From positions 1 through 26,483 of IMG/VR virus record IMGVR_UViG_3300032247_000617: 26,483 nt of DNA. The stretch is one strand, 5' to 3'. Positions 26,452 to 26,483 of this stretch are shown in pieces. Made by a program: the position numbers and the translations under genes. The notes beneath the pieces were generated by a model. The model did no database searches. It was not told where the DNA came from and saw nothing but the letters and a program-made list of their open reading frames with translations. Position 1 is the first letter of the stretch; every line of letters begins with the position of its first letter. The stretch comes from a virus. Its lineage: Duplodnaviria > Caudoviricetes.

Positions 26452-26483
26452 TCACACATGAATTGCAAAAAAGTGAAAAAACA

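Noticed and set aside
26360-26483. ORFs after the two terminal promoters (Met-Cys-stop at 26360; MNCKKVKK... at 26458)
   Set aside because: The first has two sense codons and the second is cut by the window edge, so neither can be supported as a CDS.
1-26483. tRNA, rRNA, stop-codon reassignment or a eukaryotic-virus origin
   Set aside because: No cloverleaf or rRNA-like sequence noticed in the very short intergenic gaps; genes are full length under the standard code; Shine-Dalgarno sites, sigma70 promoters, PAAR and a peptidoglycan hydrolase indicate a bacteriophage.

Overview
A gene-dense, AT-rich window with all credible genes on the + strand, from a large tailed (T4-like/myovirus-type) bacteriophage, probably infecting a proteobacterium (inferred from iscU, ahpC/ahpD and an E. 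coli-type class Ia RNR). In order: the 3' part of a very long repetitive tail fibre; a conserved hypothetical; nrdA, an SGNH-like gene and nrdB; two exported proteins (a clan GH-B lipoprotein with GH7-like motifs and a 12-Cys protein); glutaredoxin; an Sm-like protein; a PAAR spike tip; two large probable baseplate-region proteins; a SleB-type cell-wall hydrolase and small membrane/hypothetical genes; iscU; three tandem sulfotransferase-fold paralogues; ahpC, SGNH and ahpD; eight tailoring-type enzymes (2 methyltransferases, nucleotidyltransferase, SDR, GNAT-like, 3 Fe(II)/2OG-type oxygenases); and tandem sigma70 promoters. Best leads: (1) a phage GH7-like glycoside hydrolase lipoprotein; (2) a fibre with two ~470-490 aa stretches lacking charged residues and packed with N-X-S/T sequons, near many modification enzymes, suggesting a virion or surface decoration system; (3) a 67-bp identical patch between diverged paralogues; (4) apparent GCWGC avoidance. 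All family calls come from motif recognition by eye; no searches were run.
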